Positions 18,002 through 29,939 are shown, counted from the first letter of the stretch. The stretch: DNA of 64,000 bases from an uncultured Gammaproteobacteria bacterium (GCA_963764725.1 CAVXTM010000018.1:352001-416000), one strand, 5' to 3'. Numbers and translations are program-made. Notes: generated by a model not told the origin, from the sequence alone.

Positions 18002-20443
18002 ATGACCACGTTACTATTCCTTCTAGCCGTGATCGGGGGTTTCGGCGCCCTCGCCTATTTCGCCGCGCCCTTGTGGGCGTGGACGGCGGGCCTGGGCTTG
18101 GTCGTCGCGCTGGCTTCCTTGCAGCTCCCGGAGTTCCTAGTCGCGGTACTCTGGCTATTATGGCTATCCGTCGCCCTGGCGAATATTACCCTCGTGCGCC
18201 GTTATCTCTATAGCGCGCCGTTGCTGCGTCTGTACCGCCACAAGCTCCCGGCGATGTCCACGACGGAACGCGAGGCGCTCGAGGCCGGTAATGTCTGGTG
18301 GGACGCCGAGCTGTTCTCTGGCCGGCCCGAATGGCAGCGGTTGCTGGAGTTACCGAAACCCTCCTTGACGCCCGAAGAGCAGGCTTTCCTCGATGGCCCG
18401 GTCGACAAGCTTTGCCGCAGGATTGATGACTGGCAGATAACCTATGAGCTGCACGATTTGCCGCCTGACATATGGGAGTTTGTCAAAGCGCACCGCTTCC
18501 TCGGCATGATCATCCCCAAGGACTACGGCGGGCTCGGGTTCTCGGCGCAAGCCCACTCCGCGGTGGTCGCCAAGGTCGCATCGCGCAGCGGCAGCACGGC
18601 GGTCACGGTGATGGTGCCGAACTCGCTCGGACCGGCGGAGCTCCTCATGCATTACGGTACCGAGGCTCAGAAAAACTATTACTTACCCCGGCTCGCCGAA
18701 GGCCGGGAGATCCCGTGCTTCGCCTTGACCAGTCCCTACGCCGGCTCGGACGCCTCGGCCATCCCCGACCGCGGCGTGGTCTGCCAGGGCGAATACCAAG
18801 GGCAAAGCGTCCTCGGAATTCGCGTCACCTGGGAAAAACGCTATATCACGTTAGCGCCCGTGGCGACGGTCTTGGGCCTCGCTTTTCAGCTCTACGATCC
18901 GGAACATCTGGTGGGAACCAAGGACAATGTGGGCATCACGCTGGCGCTAATTCCCACGAACCATCCCGGGGTCCGCATCGGCCGCCGGCACTTTCCGCTC
19001 AAGCTGGCGTTTCAGAACGGCCCGACCGCAGGGGAGGACGTGTTCATCCCGATGGACATGGTCATCGGCGGCCGCGAACGGCTCGGCCAAGGCTGGCGCA
19101 TGCTGATGCAGCGGCTGGCCGTGGGACGCTCCATCTCCCTGCCGGCCCTCGCCGCCGCTGCGGTCAAATATTGTGCTCGCTACGCCGGGGCTTACGCCAG
19201 GGTGCGCAAGCAATTCAAGCTGCCGATCGGCCGCTTCGAAGGAATCGAGGAACGCTTGGCGCATATCGCCGCCGAGGCCTATGCGGTCGAGTCGGCGCGC
19301 CGGATCACGGCCGTGGCCTTGGATCATGGCCAAGAGCCGGCGGTGGTTTCGGCGATCCTGAAATACCAGGCCACCGAACGCCAACGGCGTGTCGTCAACG
19401 ACGCCATGGACATTCTCGGCGGCCGGGCTATTTGCGAGGGCCCGAGTAACTACATGGCTAATATGTACCAAGGCGTGCCGGTCTCTATCACGGTCGAGGG
19501 CGCTAATATTCTCACCCGCAGCCTCATCGTGTTCGGCCAGGGCGCCATTCGCTGCCATCCCTGGTTATATAAGGAGATCCAGGCCGCCTTGGAATCCGAT
19601 CAGCAGGCTGGGCTCGCCGCCTTCGACGAGGCGCTCGCAGGCCATCTTGGTTTCTTGCTGCGGAATCTGGCTCAGGCGTTCGTGCATAATCTCACCCGCG
19701 CCCGCTCGGTGACAACACCGGAGGCGGGACCGGCCGGCCGTTGGTATGCGGAGCTCGGCCGTCTCAGCGCGAGCTTCGCGCTCAGCGCGGATATCGCGCT
19801 GCTGTTGCTCGGCGGCGAGCTCAAACGCCGCGAGCATCTTTCCGGACGCTTCGCGGACATTCTCGCCGAGATGTATTTTCTAAGCTGCGTTCTCAAACGT
19901 TTCGAGGACGAGGGCCGACAAGCCGGCGATCGACCCTTGGTCGAGTCTATCGGTGCCGCTGCCGTCGCCATCATCGAACAGCGGCTCGCGGAAATCCTGG
20001 CGAATTTCCCATCGCGCCCTCTGGGTTGGTTGTTACGCCGCATCGTGTTCCCTTGGGGACGGCAGAGCCGGCCGGCCGACGATCGGCTCACGCACCAAAC
20101 GGCCGCGTTGCTACTCGAAGCCTCCCCCGCGCGCGACAGACTGACGGCCGGCATCTTCGTAAGCCGTGCGCCCGACGATATCACCGGCCGTATCGAGCAT
20201 GCCTTCGAGATGGTTCCGAACGCGGAAAGTATCGAGGCACGCATCAAGGCCGCAATCAAGAGTGGCGCCATCAAAGTGACCGATGAGCACTCGGCCCGCG
20301 CCGAGGCCCTGAACGCGGGGATCGTCTCGGCGGAAGACATGCAATTGCTCGAAGCTTGGGATCGGGCGGTACGCGCGGCGATCGATGTCAACGATTTCGC
20401 GCCCGAGGCGTTGGCGCCCTTGGCTCAAGCGGCGCGCGGATGA
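18002..20443 (+). CDS. fadE: Acyl-CoA dehydrogenase, FadE type
   Basis: LPAMSTTEREALEAG, MVPNSLGPAELL, PCFALTSPYAGSDA, ITVEGANILTRSL; ~810 aa. Confidence 0.95.
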   Translation: MTTLLFLLAVIGGFGALAYFAAPLWAWTAGLGLVVALASLQLPEFLVAVLWLLWLSVALANITLVRRYLYSAPLLRLYRHKLPAMSTTEREALEAGNVWWDAELFSGRPEWQRLLELPKPSLTPEEQAFLDGPVDKLCRRIDDWQITYELHDLPPDIWEFVKAHRFLGMIIPKDYGGLGFSAQAHSAVVAKVASRSGSTAVTVMVPNSLGPAELLMHYGTEAQKNYYLPRLAEGREIPCFALTSPYAGSDASAIPDRGVVCQGEYQGQSVLGIRVTWEKRYITLAPVATVLGLAFQLYDPEHLVGTKDNVGITLALIPTNHPGVRIGRRHFPLKLAFQNGPTAGEDVFIPMDMVIGGRERLGQGWRMLMQRLAVGRSISLPALAAAAVKYCARYAGAYARVRKQFKLPIGRFEGIEERLAHIAAEAYAVESARRITAVALDHGQEPAVVSAILKYQATERQRRVVNDAMDILGGRAICEGPSNYMANMYQGVPVSITVEGANILTRSLIVFGQGAIRCHPWLYKEIQAALESDQQAGLAAFDEALAGHLGFLLRNLAQAFVHNLTRARSVTTPEAGPAGRWYAELGRLSASFALSADIALLLLGGELKRREHLSGRFADILAEMYFLSCVLKRFEDEGRQAGDRPLVESIGAAAVAIIEQRLAEILANFPSRPLGWLLRRIVFPWGRQSRPADDRLTHQTAALLLEASPARDRLTAGIFVSRAPDDITGRIEHAFEMVPNAESIEARIKAAIKSGAIKVTDEHSARAEALNAGIVSAEDMQLLEAWDRAVRAAIDVNDFAPEALAPLAQAARG

Positions 20444-20564
20444 GCCGCACCCGTGGTCAAGATTTTCGCCGCCATCGGGTATGAAATCTCCGACCGCAAG
20501 ACCACGGGAATCAAATTTACTTCGCGGGCGGGACATTCAGAATAAAAAATAAAAGGTCTCATGC

Positions 20565-21764
20565 ATGTTGACTGGTTTTATAACGCTTCCTTGGTGGGGC
20601 TACGTGCTGGTCACCTTGGGGTTGACGCACATAACAATCGTATCGGTGACCATTTTTTTGCACCGCCACCAAGCCCATCGAGCATTGGACTTGCATCCAG
20701 CCGTTGCGCATTTCTTCCGCCTCTGGCTTTTTTTGACCACCGGGATGGCCACGAAGACCTGGGTCGCGGTGCACCGCAAGCACCATGCGTTTGTGGAAAC
20801 TCCCGACGATCCTCACAGCCCGCACAATTTGGGCATAAGAAAGCTGCTGTCGAGCGGCGCCGAAGCGTATGGGGAAGCGTATACGCGACATCCCGAAATT
20901 CTCGCGATCTATGGACACGGCACCCCCGACGACTGGTTGGAAAGGTACGTCTACGGCCGCACGTATAGCAGTTGGCTCGGGGTCGTCCTATTCGGAATAG
21001 CTTATGTCCTTGCGTTTGGACCCATCGGCCTCACGATGTGGGCGATACACATGATGTGGATCCCGTTCTTTGCCGCCGGGGTCATCAATGGCATGGGTCA
21101 TTATTGGGGCTACCGCAATCATGCCTGCCCCGATGCTTCCACGAATTTAATTCCCTGGGGTATCCTGATCGGTGGAGAAGAATTGCATAACAATCATCAT
21201 GCCTACGCCAGTTCCGCGAGGTTTTCCACCCAACCGTGGGAATTCGACATCGGTTGGTGGTATATCCGCGCACTGCGTGCGCTCGGCCTCGCACGCGTGA
21301 AGAAAATTGCGCCCCGCTTGTATCGGGATCCTCAGAAATCGCTGATCGATGAGGACACCGTGCGAGCGGTAGCAAGCTGCCGCTTGCAAGTGCTTTCCGA
21401 CTTTAACAAGCACGCCTTCGAGCCAGTATACCGAGAACAATGCGAACCGGACGATCCAACGCACCGTTCCAGACGGTTTCTCACGCGCTCGCGGCGTCCG
21501 ATGGATACCGATGTTCAGCAACGCCTTAGGCAGGGACTCCGGAACAGCGCGATGCTCGCAAAGGTTCATCACTTTCAAACGCGCTTGCAAACCATCGCAG
21601 AGGAAACGCCCGTCTCGTCGGAGCAACAGCGGCAACTTCAAGACTGGCACCAGCAAGCAAAAACGAGCGGCGTTGCGGCGCTCGAGCAATTTTCCGAGAT
21701 CTTGCTGAGCTATTCCTTGCAATCGGGCACAGCTCAGGTCATCCGCCGGCCGCTTACTTCGTGA
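20565..21764 (+). CDS. desA: Fatty-acid desaturase (DesA-like, delta-9 type)
   Basis: His boxes LHRHQAH, HRKHH and ELHNNHH. Confidence 0.88.
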   Translation: MLTGFITLPWWGYVLVTLGLTHITIVSVTIFLHRHQAHRALDLHPAVAHFFRLWLFLTTGMATKTWVAVHRKHHAFVETPDDPHSPHNLGIRKLLSSGAEAYGEAYTRHPEILAIYGHGTPDDWLERYVYGRTYSSWLGVVLFGIAYVLAFGPIGLTMWAIHMMWIPFFAAGVINGMGHYWGYRNHACPDASTNLIPWGILIGGEELHNNHHAYASSARFSTQPWEFDIGWWYIRALRALGLARVKKIAPRLYRDPQKSLIDEDTVRAVASCRLQVLSDFNKHAFEPVYREQCEPDDPTHRSRRFLTRSRRPMDTDVQQRLRQGLRNSAMLAKVHHFQTRLQTIAEETPVSSEQQRQLQDWHQQAKTSGVAALEQFSEILLSYSLQSGTAQVIRRPLTS

Positions 21765-21794
21765 TGCGAATCGGGTTATAGTTACAGCATCACG

Positions 21795-22280
21795 ATGTCG
21801 GGAGGACGCGCGATGCTGACTCGCTCTTGCACTTCTCGTGGAACGTTATTGTGGGTGACGCTGGGTGTGGCTTTGGCTTCGCCCGGCCTCCTGGCCGAGA
21901 TGTACAAATGGGTCGATGATGAGGGACAGGTGCAATACTCGCAGTCGCCGCCTCCGGGCCGGCCGGCTCAGACCATCAAACCTCCTCCGAAGGTGGACTC
22001 CAAGGCCGCCCGCGAGAAACTCGAGCAACAACTACAGGACTTCGAGGTGCGCAGCGACAAACGGCAAGAGCAAGCGGAGGCCGATCAGAAGACCAAAGAA
22101 CAAGCGGGTGAACGCAAGGGGGCTTGCGAAACGGCGCGCGAGCGCTTAGCGAAGCTTGAGGGCAAGCCTAGGATCCTGCTATACGCGGAAGACGGAAGCA
22201 GCAAACGTCTCAGCGAGGAAGAGCACCAGGCGGCTATTGCCGAGGCTCGCAAGGAGATCGAGAAACATTGTGCGCCTTGA
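21795..22280 (+). CDS. DUF4124-type secreted protein
   Basis: Signal peptide then MYKWVDDEGQVQYSQSPP; coiled-coil region with two Cys. Confidence 0.85.
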   Translation: MSGGRAMLTRSCTSRGTLLWVTLGVALASPGLLAEMYKWVDDEGQVQYSQSPPPGRPAQTIKPPPKVDSKAAREKLEQQLQDFEVRSDKRQEQAEADQKTKEQAGERKGACETARERLAKLEGKPRILLYAEDGSSKRLSEEEHQAAIAEARKEIEKHCAP

Positions 22281-22323
22281 TCGCATTCTCGCAGTGATCG
22301 CTGGCGAGTCCCCCCAAGTCTCC

Positions 22324-22394
22324 TAAGAAAATCTGATTATCCGTCGTGAACGGTTGCGGATGCAACGCGCAGCAGGTTTATCAGATTTTTCCTA
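22324..22394. repeat. Small inverted-repeat-bounded element or bidirectional terminator
   Basis: gaaaatctgat...atcagattttt between convergent genes. Confidence 0.45.
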
Positions 22395-22832
22395 ATTAAC
22401 CTCATCGGTGTCCACCTGGCCGGAGAGCCGCCGGTGGATGTGCGACCAGGACATCCCCACCGCCAGGACCGCACTGGTGATAATCAGCACCAAATGGGTC
22501 ATCGTCCGCAGGTTGCTGGCCGAAAACAACTCCCATTCGATCATTAACCAGATCAAACCCGCGCAAAACGCGACGGCCAGCACCACGCCAACGATCCCCA
22601 ATGACCGCCGAGTCGCCTGGAGAAATACGACCCAGCCGATGAGCAGAACGACACCGGCAAGGAATTTCAACGGGGCCGGAGCACCTCCTGGCATCTCGGA
22701 GCCACCGAAAACGGGAAAGAGCGCCCAGTGATAGAAAGAATAGCCCTCGGGGTTGTAGGTCGCGTACACCAGCGCGGCCGCGCCCAAGAACCGAAATAGC
22801 AAGCCCCACCACGTGAATTGTTCCGTTTTCAT
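22392..22832 (-). CDS. Conserved membrane protein (DUF6524-like)
   Basis: ATYNPEGYSFYHW...ATRRSLG...GMSWSHIHRRLSGQVDTDE. Confidence 0.8.
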   Translation of the reverse strand: MKTEQFTWWGLLFRFLGAAALVYATYNPEGYSFYHWALFPVFGGSEMPGGAPAPLKFLAGVVLLIGWVVFLQATRRSLGIVGVVLAVAFCAGLIWLMIEWELFSASNLRTMTHLVLIITSAVLAVGMSWSHIHRRLSGQVDTDEVN

Positions 22833-22921
22833 GCACTCTCCACGATAGTTTGCGTCGCTACGCGGCCTCCGTAGCACCGTGTGCGAAGCTTATGAGGGTT
22901 TCAAGACCTTCGCAATGACCC

Positions 22922-25522
22922 TCATGCCCCGGCATCTTCGGAGCTTACTTCGCGCACGAACGTGAATTCGCCGTTGCGCACCTCGACCCGAACGGTGTCG
23001 CCCGGTCCGAAGCGGCCGGCTAAAAGCTCGCGGGCCAGCGGTGTCTCCACCCGCACTTGAAGCGCGCGCTTCAACGGACGAGCGCCGTAGACCGGATCGA
23101 AGCCCGCCTGCCCCAGCTTGTCCAGCGCCTCGGCCGAAACCGATAACCCGATATTCTGATCGCGCAGCCGTTTGCGCAAGCGTTCCACCTGGATCTCGGC
23201 GATGGCCCGGATATGCGCCGCTTGCAAGGAGTGAAACACGACGATTTCGTCGATACGGTTGATGAATTCCGGCCGGAAGAAGTTCGCGACGCTCTCCATC
23301 ACCGCCTTGCGCATGCTCTCGTAATGTTCCTCCCCTGCCATCTCCTGGATGAATTGCGAGCCGAGATTTGAGGTCATCACGATCACGGTATTACGGAAGT
23401 CCACGGTCCGGCCGTGACCGTCGGTCAGCCGGCCGTCATCGAGGATCTGGAGTAAGACGTTGAAGACTTCCGGATGGGCCTTCTCGATCTCATCCAGCAG
23501 CACGACCGAATAGGGCTTTCGCCGGACCGCTTCGGTCAAATAACCGCCTTCCTCGTAGCCGACATAGCCGGGCGGCGCCCCGATGAGGCGCGCCACCGTA
23601 TGTTTCTCCATGTACTCGGACATGTCGATGCGCACCATCGCCTCTTCGGTATCGAACAGGAACTCGGCCAAGGCCTTGCACAATTCCGTCTTACCTATTC
23701 CCGTCGGCCCCAGGAACAAGAAGGAACCGTAGGGGCGGTTGGGATCGGCGATCCCCGCCCGCGCCCGGCGTATGGCGTCGGCGACCACCGTCACGGCCTG
23801 GTCCTGACCGACAACCCGCCGGTGCAGGGCTTCTTCCATGCGCATCAGCTTCTCCCGTTCCCCCTCGAGCATCCTGGACACCGGGACTCCGGTCCACTTG
23901 GAAACCACCTCGGCGATCTCCTCCTCGGTGACTTTGTCACGGAGCAGTGTCATTTCTTGCGTCTCCGCGGTCGCCGCCTGCTCGAGCTGCTTGGTAAGCT
24001 CGGGAATTCGCCCATATTGCAGTTCCGACATACGCGCGAGATCACCCGCACGCCGGGCGTTCTCGAACTCAAGCCGCGCCTGCTCGAGCCGTTCCTTCAG
24101 CGTATGCGTGCCTTGCAAGCGGGCCTTTTCCGCTTTCCAAACCTCTTCGAGATCGCTGTACTCCCGCTCGAGCTTTGTTATTTCGGCCTCCAGATTATCG
24201 AACCTCTTCTTCGAGGCCGCATCGGCCTCTTTTTTCAAAGCCTCGCGTTCGATTTTTAATTGGATTAATCTGCGTTCGAGACGGTCCATCGCTTCGGGCT
24301 TCGAGTCGATCTCGATACTGATGCGGCTTGCGGCTTCGTCGATGAGGTCGATGGCCTTGTCAGGTAACTGCCGGTCGGTGATATACCGGTGCGACAAAGT
24401 GGCCGCGGCGACAATCGCGGGATCGGTGATCTGCACGCCATGGTGTACTTCATAGCGCTCCTTGAGTCCGCGTAATATAGCGATGGTGTCTTCGACGCTC
24501 GGTTCATCGACCAGGATCTTCTGAAAGCGGCGTTCCAAGGCCGCGTCCTTCTCGACGTACTTTCGATACTCATCCAAGGTCGTCGCGCCGACACAGTGAA
24601 GCTCGCCGCGCGCGAGCGCCGGCTTGAGCATGTTGCCGGCATCCATGGCGCCCTCGGCTTTTCCGGCGCCGACCATGGTGTGCAATTCGTCGATAAAGAG
24701 AATGATCTGACCTTCTTGTTTGGCCAGATCCTTGAGCACCGCCTTGAGCCGCTCCTCGAACTCGCCGCGATACTTGGCGCCGGCGATGAGGGCGCCCAGA
24801 TCGAGCGCCAATACCCGCTTGCCCTTGAGTCCTTCCGGCACCTCGCCGTTCACGATGCGCTGCGCCAGGCCTTCGACTATCGCCGTCTTGCCCACGCCCG
24901 GCTCACCGATCAAAACGGGGTTATTCTTGGTGCGGCGCTGTAATACCTGAATCGTTCTGCGAATCTCGTCATCGCGTCCGATGACCGGATCCAGTTTTCC
25001 GTCCGTTGCGCGCGCGGTTAGGTCGATCGTGTAGCGCTCGAGCGCCTGGCGTTGTTCCTCGGCGCCCGGATCCTGTACCTTCTGCCCCCCGCGCAAGCGA
25101 TCGATGGCTTCGCTCAGGCGCCGCTTGTCCGCGCCTGCCGCCCGCAATAGATCACCTAGCTGACCGCGGCCCTCTAGCGCCGCCAGCACCCACAGCTCGC
25201 TGGCGATGTACTGATCCTTGCGTTGTTGCGCCAGTTTGTCCGTGAGATTCAAGAGCCGCTCAAGCTCGCGCGAGATGTGGACATCGCCGCCCGTGCCTTC
25301 GACCCGAGGCAAGCTCTCCAGGGCGTCATCCAGCCGTGCGCTTAGGGCGTCGACATTGACCCCCGCTTGGCTGAGGAGATGCTGCACCGTTCCGTCTTCC
25401 TGATGGAGCAGCGCGGCCATGACATGCAGCGGCTCGATGAATTGATGATCGCGCCCGACGGCGAGGCTTTGCGCATCCCCCAAGGCTGTTTGGAATTTGG
25501 TCGTCAGCTTGTCCGAACGCAT
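22922..25522 (-). CDS. clpB: ATP-dependent disaggregase ClpB
   Basis: Two AAA+ modules ([16 protein letters not shown]) and a middle coiled coil; 866 aa. Confidence 0.98.
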   Translation of the reverse strand: MRSDKLTTKFQTALGDAQSLAVGRDHQFIEPLHVMAALLHQEDGTVQHLLSQAGVNVDALSARLDDALESLPRVEGTGGDVHISRELERLLNLTDKLAQQRKDQYIASELWVLAALEGRGQLGDLLRAAGADKRRLSEAIDRLRGGQKVQDPGAEEQRQALERYTIDLTARATDGKLDPVIGRDDEIRRTIQVLQRRTKNNPVLIGEPGVGKTAIVEGLAQRIVNGEVPEGLKGKRVLALDLGALIAGAKYRGEFEERLKAVLKDLAKQEGQIILFIDELHTMVGAGKAEGAMDAGNMLKPALARGELHCVGATTLDEYRKYVEKDAALERRFQKILVDEPSVEDTIAILRGLKERYEVHHGVQITDPAIVAAATLSHRYITDRQLPDKAIDLIDEAASRISIEIDSKPEAMDRLERRLIQLKIEREALKKEADAASKKRFDNLEAEITKLEREYSDLEEVWKAEKARLQGTHTLKERLEQARLEFENARRAGDLARMSELQYGRIPELTKQLEQAATAETQEMTLLRDKVTEEEIAEVVSKWTGVPVSRMLEGEREKLMRMEEALHRRVVGQDQAVTVVADAIRRARAGIADPNRPYGSFLFLGPTGIGKTELCKALAEFLFDTEEAMVRIDMSEYMEKHTVARLIGAPPGYVGYEEGGYLTEAVRRKPYSVVLLDEIEKAHPEVFNVLLQILDDGRLTDGHGRTVDFRNTVIVMTSNLGSQFIQEMAGEEHYESMRKAVMESVANFFRPEFINRIDEIVVFHSLQAAHIRAIAEIQVERLRKRLRDQNIGLSVSAEALDKLGQAGFDPVYGARPLKRALQVRVETPLARELLAGRFGPGDTVRVEVRNGEFTFVREVSSEDAGA

Positions 25523-25675
25523 CGTGCAATGCTCCTTGAAATCAATATACTTCGCGGGCGGCGTATAAACCGCCCTTGACCAACGGGAGAGCTGCGCTTC
25601 TCCCCTTTGGAAACCCCATCGCTAAGGGTACCCCGGCAGGACCGCGGGGTATGCGTTTAATCATGGTTACTGCTC

Positions 25676-25703
25676 AGATAAGGGCGAGGGGACGATATTC
25701 AAG
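25676..25703 (-). promoter_or_regulatory. Candidate sigma-32 promoter of clpB
   Basis: Minus strand CTTGAA-N14-CCTTATCT versus consensus CTTGAA-N13/14-CCCCATNT. Confidence 0.55.
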
Positions 25704-25719
25704 GACGATGCCCGTCATT

Positions 25720-26503
25720 CTAAGGAAGCATCGTGCTCAGTCCATACACGAGACCGATCCCGGCGCTCATGAGAAAAACCTGCTGCATCGACTCGCGCGG
25801 CTCGGTGCGTTGATGCAGGCCGGGGATCAGATCGGCGACCGCGACGTAGATGAAACTCGCGGCCGCGACCGCCAACACATAGGGGAGGACCGTGGTAGTG
25901 CTCGCAAGACTAACCCACGCAACCAGGGCGCCGGCCACGGTCGCGAGGCTCACTGCGAGGTTATACCCGAAGGCCTGGCGGCGCGTGTAACCGCTTTGCA
26001 AAAGGATCGCGAAATCCCCGACCTCTTGGGGGATCTCATGCGCGACCACGGCAAGGGTGGTTAACACACCGAGCTTATAATCGGTGAGAAACGCGGTGGC
26101 GATCAGGATCCCGTTGAACGAAATTGTGGATCCCGTCGCCGATCAATATCAGCGTCCCGGCCGCAAGCCCGCGGCCGTTATCCGGAGAGTCGCTATGCCG
26201 CTCACAGTGCTCCTCGTGGCAGTGCCGCCAAATGACCATCTTCTCTAGAAGAAAGAACAACACCAGCCCGAACAAGACGCACAAAGTAATCAAATGGGAG
26301 TCTTCGCGCTCCACGGCTTCCAGGGCTTCCGGGAGCAACCCGAGAAACGCCGTTCCGAGCAAAGCCCCAGTCGCGAGGCTCACCAGATGCGGCAAGAGTT
26401 GCGCACGCACGCGGTCGGGGGCCAGCAGAAACGCCGCGGCCGCCAGGACGCTCACGAGCCCGGCAAGCAAGCTGAAGGTGATGATCGGGACCAGGGTGTT
26501 CAT
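25720..26503 (-). pseudogene. ZIP-family metal transporter split by a single-base frameshift near 26117
   Basis: GDGIHNFV(+1 nt)NGILIATAFLTDYKLG...AHEIPQEVGDF. Removing one base restores a complete ZIP; may be a sequencing error. Confidence 0.85.
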
Positions 26504-26522
26504 TACTTTATCGCATTGAGGA

Positions 26523-26993
26523 TCACAGCCATCGCCTTACCCGCGCCTTGTACTCCTGGTAGGCGGGACCAAATTTTCTTTCTAGATAGCGTTCTTCTCG
26601 AATGATCACACCCCAGTGCATGAACCACAGTACACCGGGCAGCAACAACACGGGCCAAAGCGAATTCAAAAGCCCGGCCGCGCCGAGATAAATCACTGTC
26701 AGCGCAAGATACAGCGGATTACGGGAAAATCGAAATGGTCCGCCGGTCACTAGAGCCGTCGTTTGCGCATACGGGTTAACCGGCGTGCGTGCGCGGCGGA
26801 AAGCCGAAAGTGCAAACGCCGCTATGAGCACGCCAAAAGCGATTAAGGACCACCCAACGAATGCGCTCATAGACTCCGGGAACAACGCAGTCGGCGAATA
26901 TTCTTCTACGAGATAGCCCAGCGCGAAACCGCCGGCATAGATAAGCGGCGGCGGTGCGGCGACACCGGGTTTATCTGGTATTTCTCGGTCCAC
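26523..26993 (-). CDS. Isoprenylcysteine carboxyl methyltransferase/PEMT family membrane protein
   Basis: LVTGGPFRFSRNPLY...EERYLERKFG..Y..YKARVRRWL. Confidence 0.9.
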   Translation of the reverse strand: MDREIPDKPGVAAPPPLIYAGGFALGYLVEEYSPTALFPESMSAFVGWSLIAFGVLIAAFALSAFRRARTPVNPYAQTTALVTGGPFRFSRNPLYLALTVIYLGAAGLLNSLWPVLLLPGVLWFMHWGVIIREERYLERKFGPAYQEYKARVRRWL

Positions 26994-27323
26994 GGATTGT
27001 TTGCCTCTAAGAATGCGGAAGTATGGAATACGCTACTTCCCACCGCGAAATTTTTTTACCGCCCTTACATCCAGGGCTAAGGCTGCATAGCGCCTACGCC
27101 CCTACTTAGCGGTGAGTTGGGCAGCGGGTGATTGGCAGGCGGACAGGATGATCCGCTCACCTGCGGCGCGCGGCGAATAGCCTACCTGATCCGGCGCCCT
27201 CTCGATGACGAGGCTCTAAGCGATATCCGGGCTCGCGCTGATACCCTAGCCAGCGCTTGGGCAATGAGCGCTTCTATGGCAAGAGCGAGAACATGACGGG
27301 GCAGCGGGCGCGGGGCGAGACCA

Positions 27324-28010
27324 CTAGTCGCTTCGCCCGACGATCCGGTAGACGATGCCGGCCCCGACCGCACCCGCTATGGGAGCCACCCAGAAAAGCC
27401 AGAGCTGTTCGATGGCCCAGCCGCCGACAAAGAGGGCGGGTCCGGTGCTACGCGCCGGATTGACAGATAGGTTGGTCACGGGAATGCCAATCAGGTGGAT
27501 GAGCGTCAGCCCCAGCCCGATGGCGATCGGCGCAAACCCCTGCGGGGCGCGAGGGTCCGTCGAGCCTAGGATTATAATCAAGAACATAAAGGTCAGCGTG
27601 ACCTCGGCCACGAGTGCCGCCGCGAGCGAGTATCCACCCGGTGAATGTTCGCCATAGCCGTTCGAGGCGAAGCCACCCAACTCAAAACCCACCTTACCCG
27701 TCGCGATCAGATACAACACCGCGGCACCCGCGACCGCTCCCAGCAACTGCGCGACCACGTACGGTCCCAGGTGCACGGCCGGAAACCGCCCACCGACCCA
27801 CAAACCAACCGAGACCGCCGGGTTGAGGTGACAGCCGGAGATGTGGCCGATGGCGTACGCCATCGTTAGGAGGGTCAATCCGAAGGCGAAGGCTACACCC
27901 AAGAATCCAATACCTACCTCTGGAAACGCGGCTGCAAGCACTGCGCTCCCGCAACCGCCGAATACCAGCCAGAAGGTGCCGATCAATTCCGCCGCTAACT
28001 TGTTCATCAT
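27324..28010 (-). CDS. aqpZ: Aquaporin Z
   Basis: Two NPA motifs (HLNPAVS, SVNPARS) and [12 protein letters not shown]. Confidence 0.97.
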   Translation of the reverse strand: MMNKLAAELIGTFWLVFGGCGSAVLAAAFPEVGIGFLGVAFAFGLTLLTMAYAIGHISGCHLNPAVSVGLWVGGRFPAVHLGPYVVAQLLGAVAGAAVLYLIATGKVGFELGGFASNGYGEHSPGGYSLAAALVAEVTLTFMFLIIILGSTDPRAPQGFAPIAIGLGLTLIHLIGIPVTNLSVNPARSTGPALFVGGWAIEQLWLFWVAPIAGAVGAGIVYRIVGRSD

Positions 28011-28184
28011 AAGAAATCCCTCCTTCTCTCGTCGAAGATCTTAAGTGGCTAGCGTCTGCATACCGCCCGCCCTCAACCGATCGATCGCCCGTTCCCCACC
28101 GGCAAACCCGGCATATCTGCGTTCCTCTCCCCTTCGAGGGTGAAGGGGAGATCTATCGGTTGACTTTGTGCCCTTTTTTAAAAA

Positions 28185-28928
28185 CTACTTGACGATAAAG
28201 TCGACACGGCGATTTTGATAGCGGCCGTCCTCGGTGTCATTCGACGCTATGGGGTTGCCTTCCCCCATACCCACCGGCTCGAGCCTGGTGCTCTCAATGC
28301 CCTGGCTAACCAAATAATCCACCACCGCCTCGGCCCGCCGCTGCGAGAGCTGCAGGTTGTAAGCTTCCGATCCGATGCTGTCGGTATGTCCCTCGACCCG
28401 AACGCTTACACTAGGCGCATCGCGTAACTCCTGCACGGCCTGGGCCAGAACCTGTTCGGATTCCGGCGTGAGCTTGGCGCTATCGAAGGCGAAGTTGACA
28501 CCCTGAATTCGCAAGAGGGTCTCGCCCTCCTTGGGGCAACCACTGGCGTCAACCTCTACCCCGGCAGGGGTACTTGCACAGCGGTCATTGCAGTTGTTGA
28601 CACCGTCGCCATCGTCATCGGGAGCGCAGGGGTCCGGCGCCGCCGGTTCTGGCGCGGCCACCGGTTGCGGCTTCGGCGGATAATCTCCACCGCAAAGGAA
28701 AAGGCTGGTCGCCGCGCCGAAGGCGGCGCCCGCTGCCGCGGCTTCCACATCGGTATCTCCCGGATCATCCGCGGCAGCTTCGTTAATGCCGTACCCCACA
28801 CCGGCGCCTAGGAGTGTGCCGCCGATCGTGCACCAGGGCTGGGGGATCTTTACGATAGGCTCACTGGCGCAGCCGAAGAGCATAATACCGGGCACGCTGA
28901 GAGCGATCAGGGTACGTAGCTTATACAT
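28185..28928 (-). CDS. OmpA-family lipoprotein with Ca-binding (TSP3-like) repeat
   Basis: Lipobox LFGC; DDDGDGVNNCNDRC; GHTDSIG...LSQRRA...NRRVDF. Confidence 0.9.
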   Translation of the reverse strand: MYKLRTLIALSVPGIMLFGCASEPIVKIPQPWCTIGGTLLGAGVGYGINEAAADDPGDTDVEAAAAGAAFGAATSLFLCGGDYPPKPQPVAAPEPAAPDPCAPDDDGDGVNNCNDRCASTPAGVEVDASGCPKEGETLLRIQGVNFAFDSAKLTPESEQVLAQAVQELRDAPSVSVRVEGHTDSIGSEAYNLQLSQRRAEAVVDYLVSQGIESTRLEPVGMGEGNPIASNDTEDGRYQNRRVDFIVK

Positions 28929-29186
28929 GCTTTCCTCCCTCTACTGTTGTTGTGCGGTTACAAGATTATAGTAGTTATTCCGTGAGTTCAACATAGATCC
29001 TCCTCAAGTGTTACAAATCTGCAACAAAAACGAGCTTTTTCACAGTACGATGGATCGCGGCACCATGGAGTCCACTGTACAGATCGCCCGCACGATGTCG
29101 CGGCTGAGCGTGGCGAGCGCGCGTCCACAAGCCGCCGCCACGGCGGTCGTAACCTTCACCTATCGCCGCGAAGCCCGCGCATCGAC

Positions 29187-29269
29187 GTTACAACTGTAAC
29201 CGAATCGATTTCATTTGTAAGCAAATTCCGGCGCTTTGAAATCATCCGGTAAGGTCGCTGGCCTATTCT
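29187..29269 (+). promoter_or_regulatory. vir-box-type promoter, copy 1
   Basis: GTTACAACTGTAAC (29187-200), ATTTCATTTGTAAG at +21, TGAAAT at +42 and TATTCT -10 at 29264. Confidence 0.8.
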
Positions 29270-29423
29270 GCCCGCATCGCGAAAGACACGGAACTCCGCG
29301 CTTCGCGATCCGAAGCGGTTTTTCGAGCTTCGAGGAGAACGACCTGGTTGAATCATCACCAGGCCTGTCCGGACGAAGATCGCGAAACCGTGAGTATCCA
29401 ACCACAGAGTTAGGAGGTCGAAC

Positions 29424-29939
29424 ATGAACCTACTTCAATTAAGAGAGCCCGAAAAGGCCGGGGGCGTTTACGCTTCCCGGACGCGAAAGGTGGACGACAT
29501 CATGAAAGCCAATCCAAAGAGAACGCTGGGTCGGGCGGCGCTGGCCATGGCCCTTTTGGCCACGGCGACCCCGAGCTGGGCGGGCTTTGTGAGCAAACCC
29601 TATACGGTGATAGGTTTTAATTCCACCACCGGCAGAAACACTGCCTACGGAAGCCTGCGGGGCACGCGCTATAGTGCGGATAAGGTCCAACATATCGGGT
29701 GCTATATCAGTTACTTAACATTGGGCGGGGCGGTACCGCGTATTGTTGCCCGGTGTGATGCCAAAAACAGCAAAGGCGACAATTTTGCCTGCATATCCAC
29801 CAAACCGGAGCACATCGGCACCGTCCAGGGAATGACCGACTCGTCGCAGATCTCCTTGGAGAGTACCCCTACCGGCACTGGCACTGTTGACATCTGTGAC
29901 GTCATCCAGATTTACGACAGCTCGATGTTGCTCAGATAG
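29424..29939 (+). CDS. Secreted Cys-containing hypothetical protein, paralog 1
   Basis: RBS at 29424; alternative start 29502 (MKANPK...PSWAG signal peptide); motif GSL.G.R.SAD..Q.IGCY and 4 Cys. Confidence 0.8.
   Translation: MNLLQLREPEKAGGVYASRTRKVDDIMKANPKRTLGRAALAMALLATATPSWAGFVSKPYTVIGFNSTTGRNTAYGSLRGTRYSADKVQHIGCYISYLTLGGAVPRIVARCDAKNSKGDNFACISTKPEHIGTVQGMTDSSQISLESTPTGTGTVDICDVIQIYDSSMLLR

Noticed and set aside
18208-25579. Many long alternative-frame ORFs over fadE, desA and clpB, and likewise over other core genes
   Set aside because: Expected shadow ORFs of GC-rich coding sequence; no motifs or RBS support.
28950-29030. GTTACAA motifs upstream of the OmpA lipoprotein as extra vir boxes
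   Set aside because: Spacing to the TGNAAY half is wrong and the 21-bp phasing is absent.
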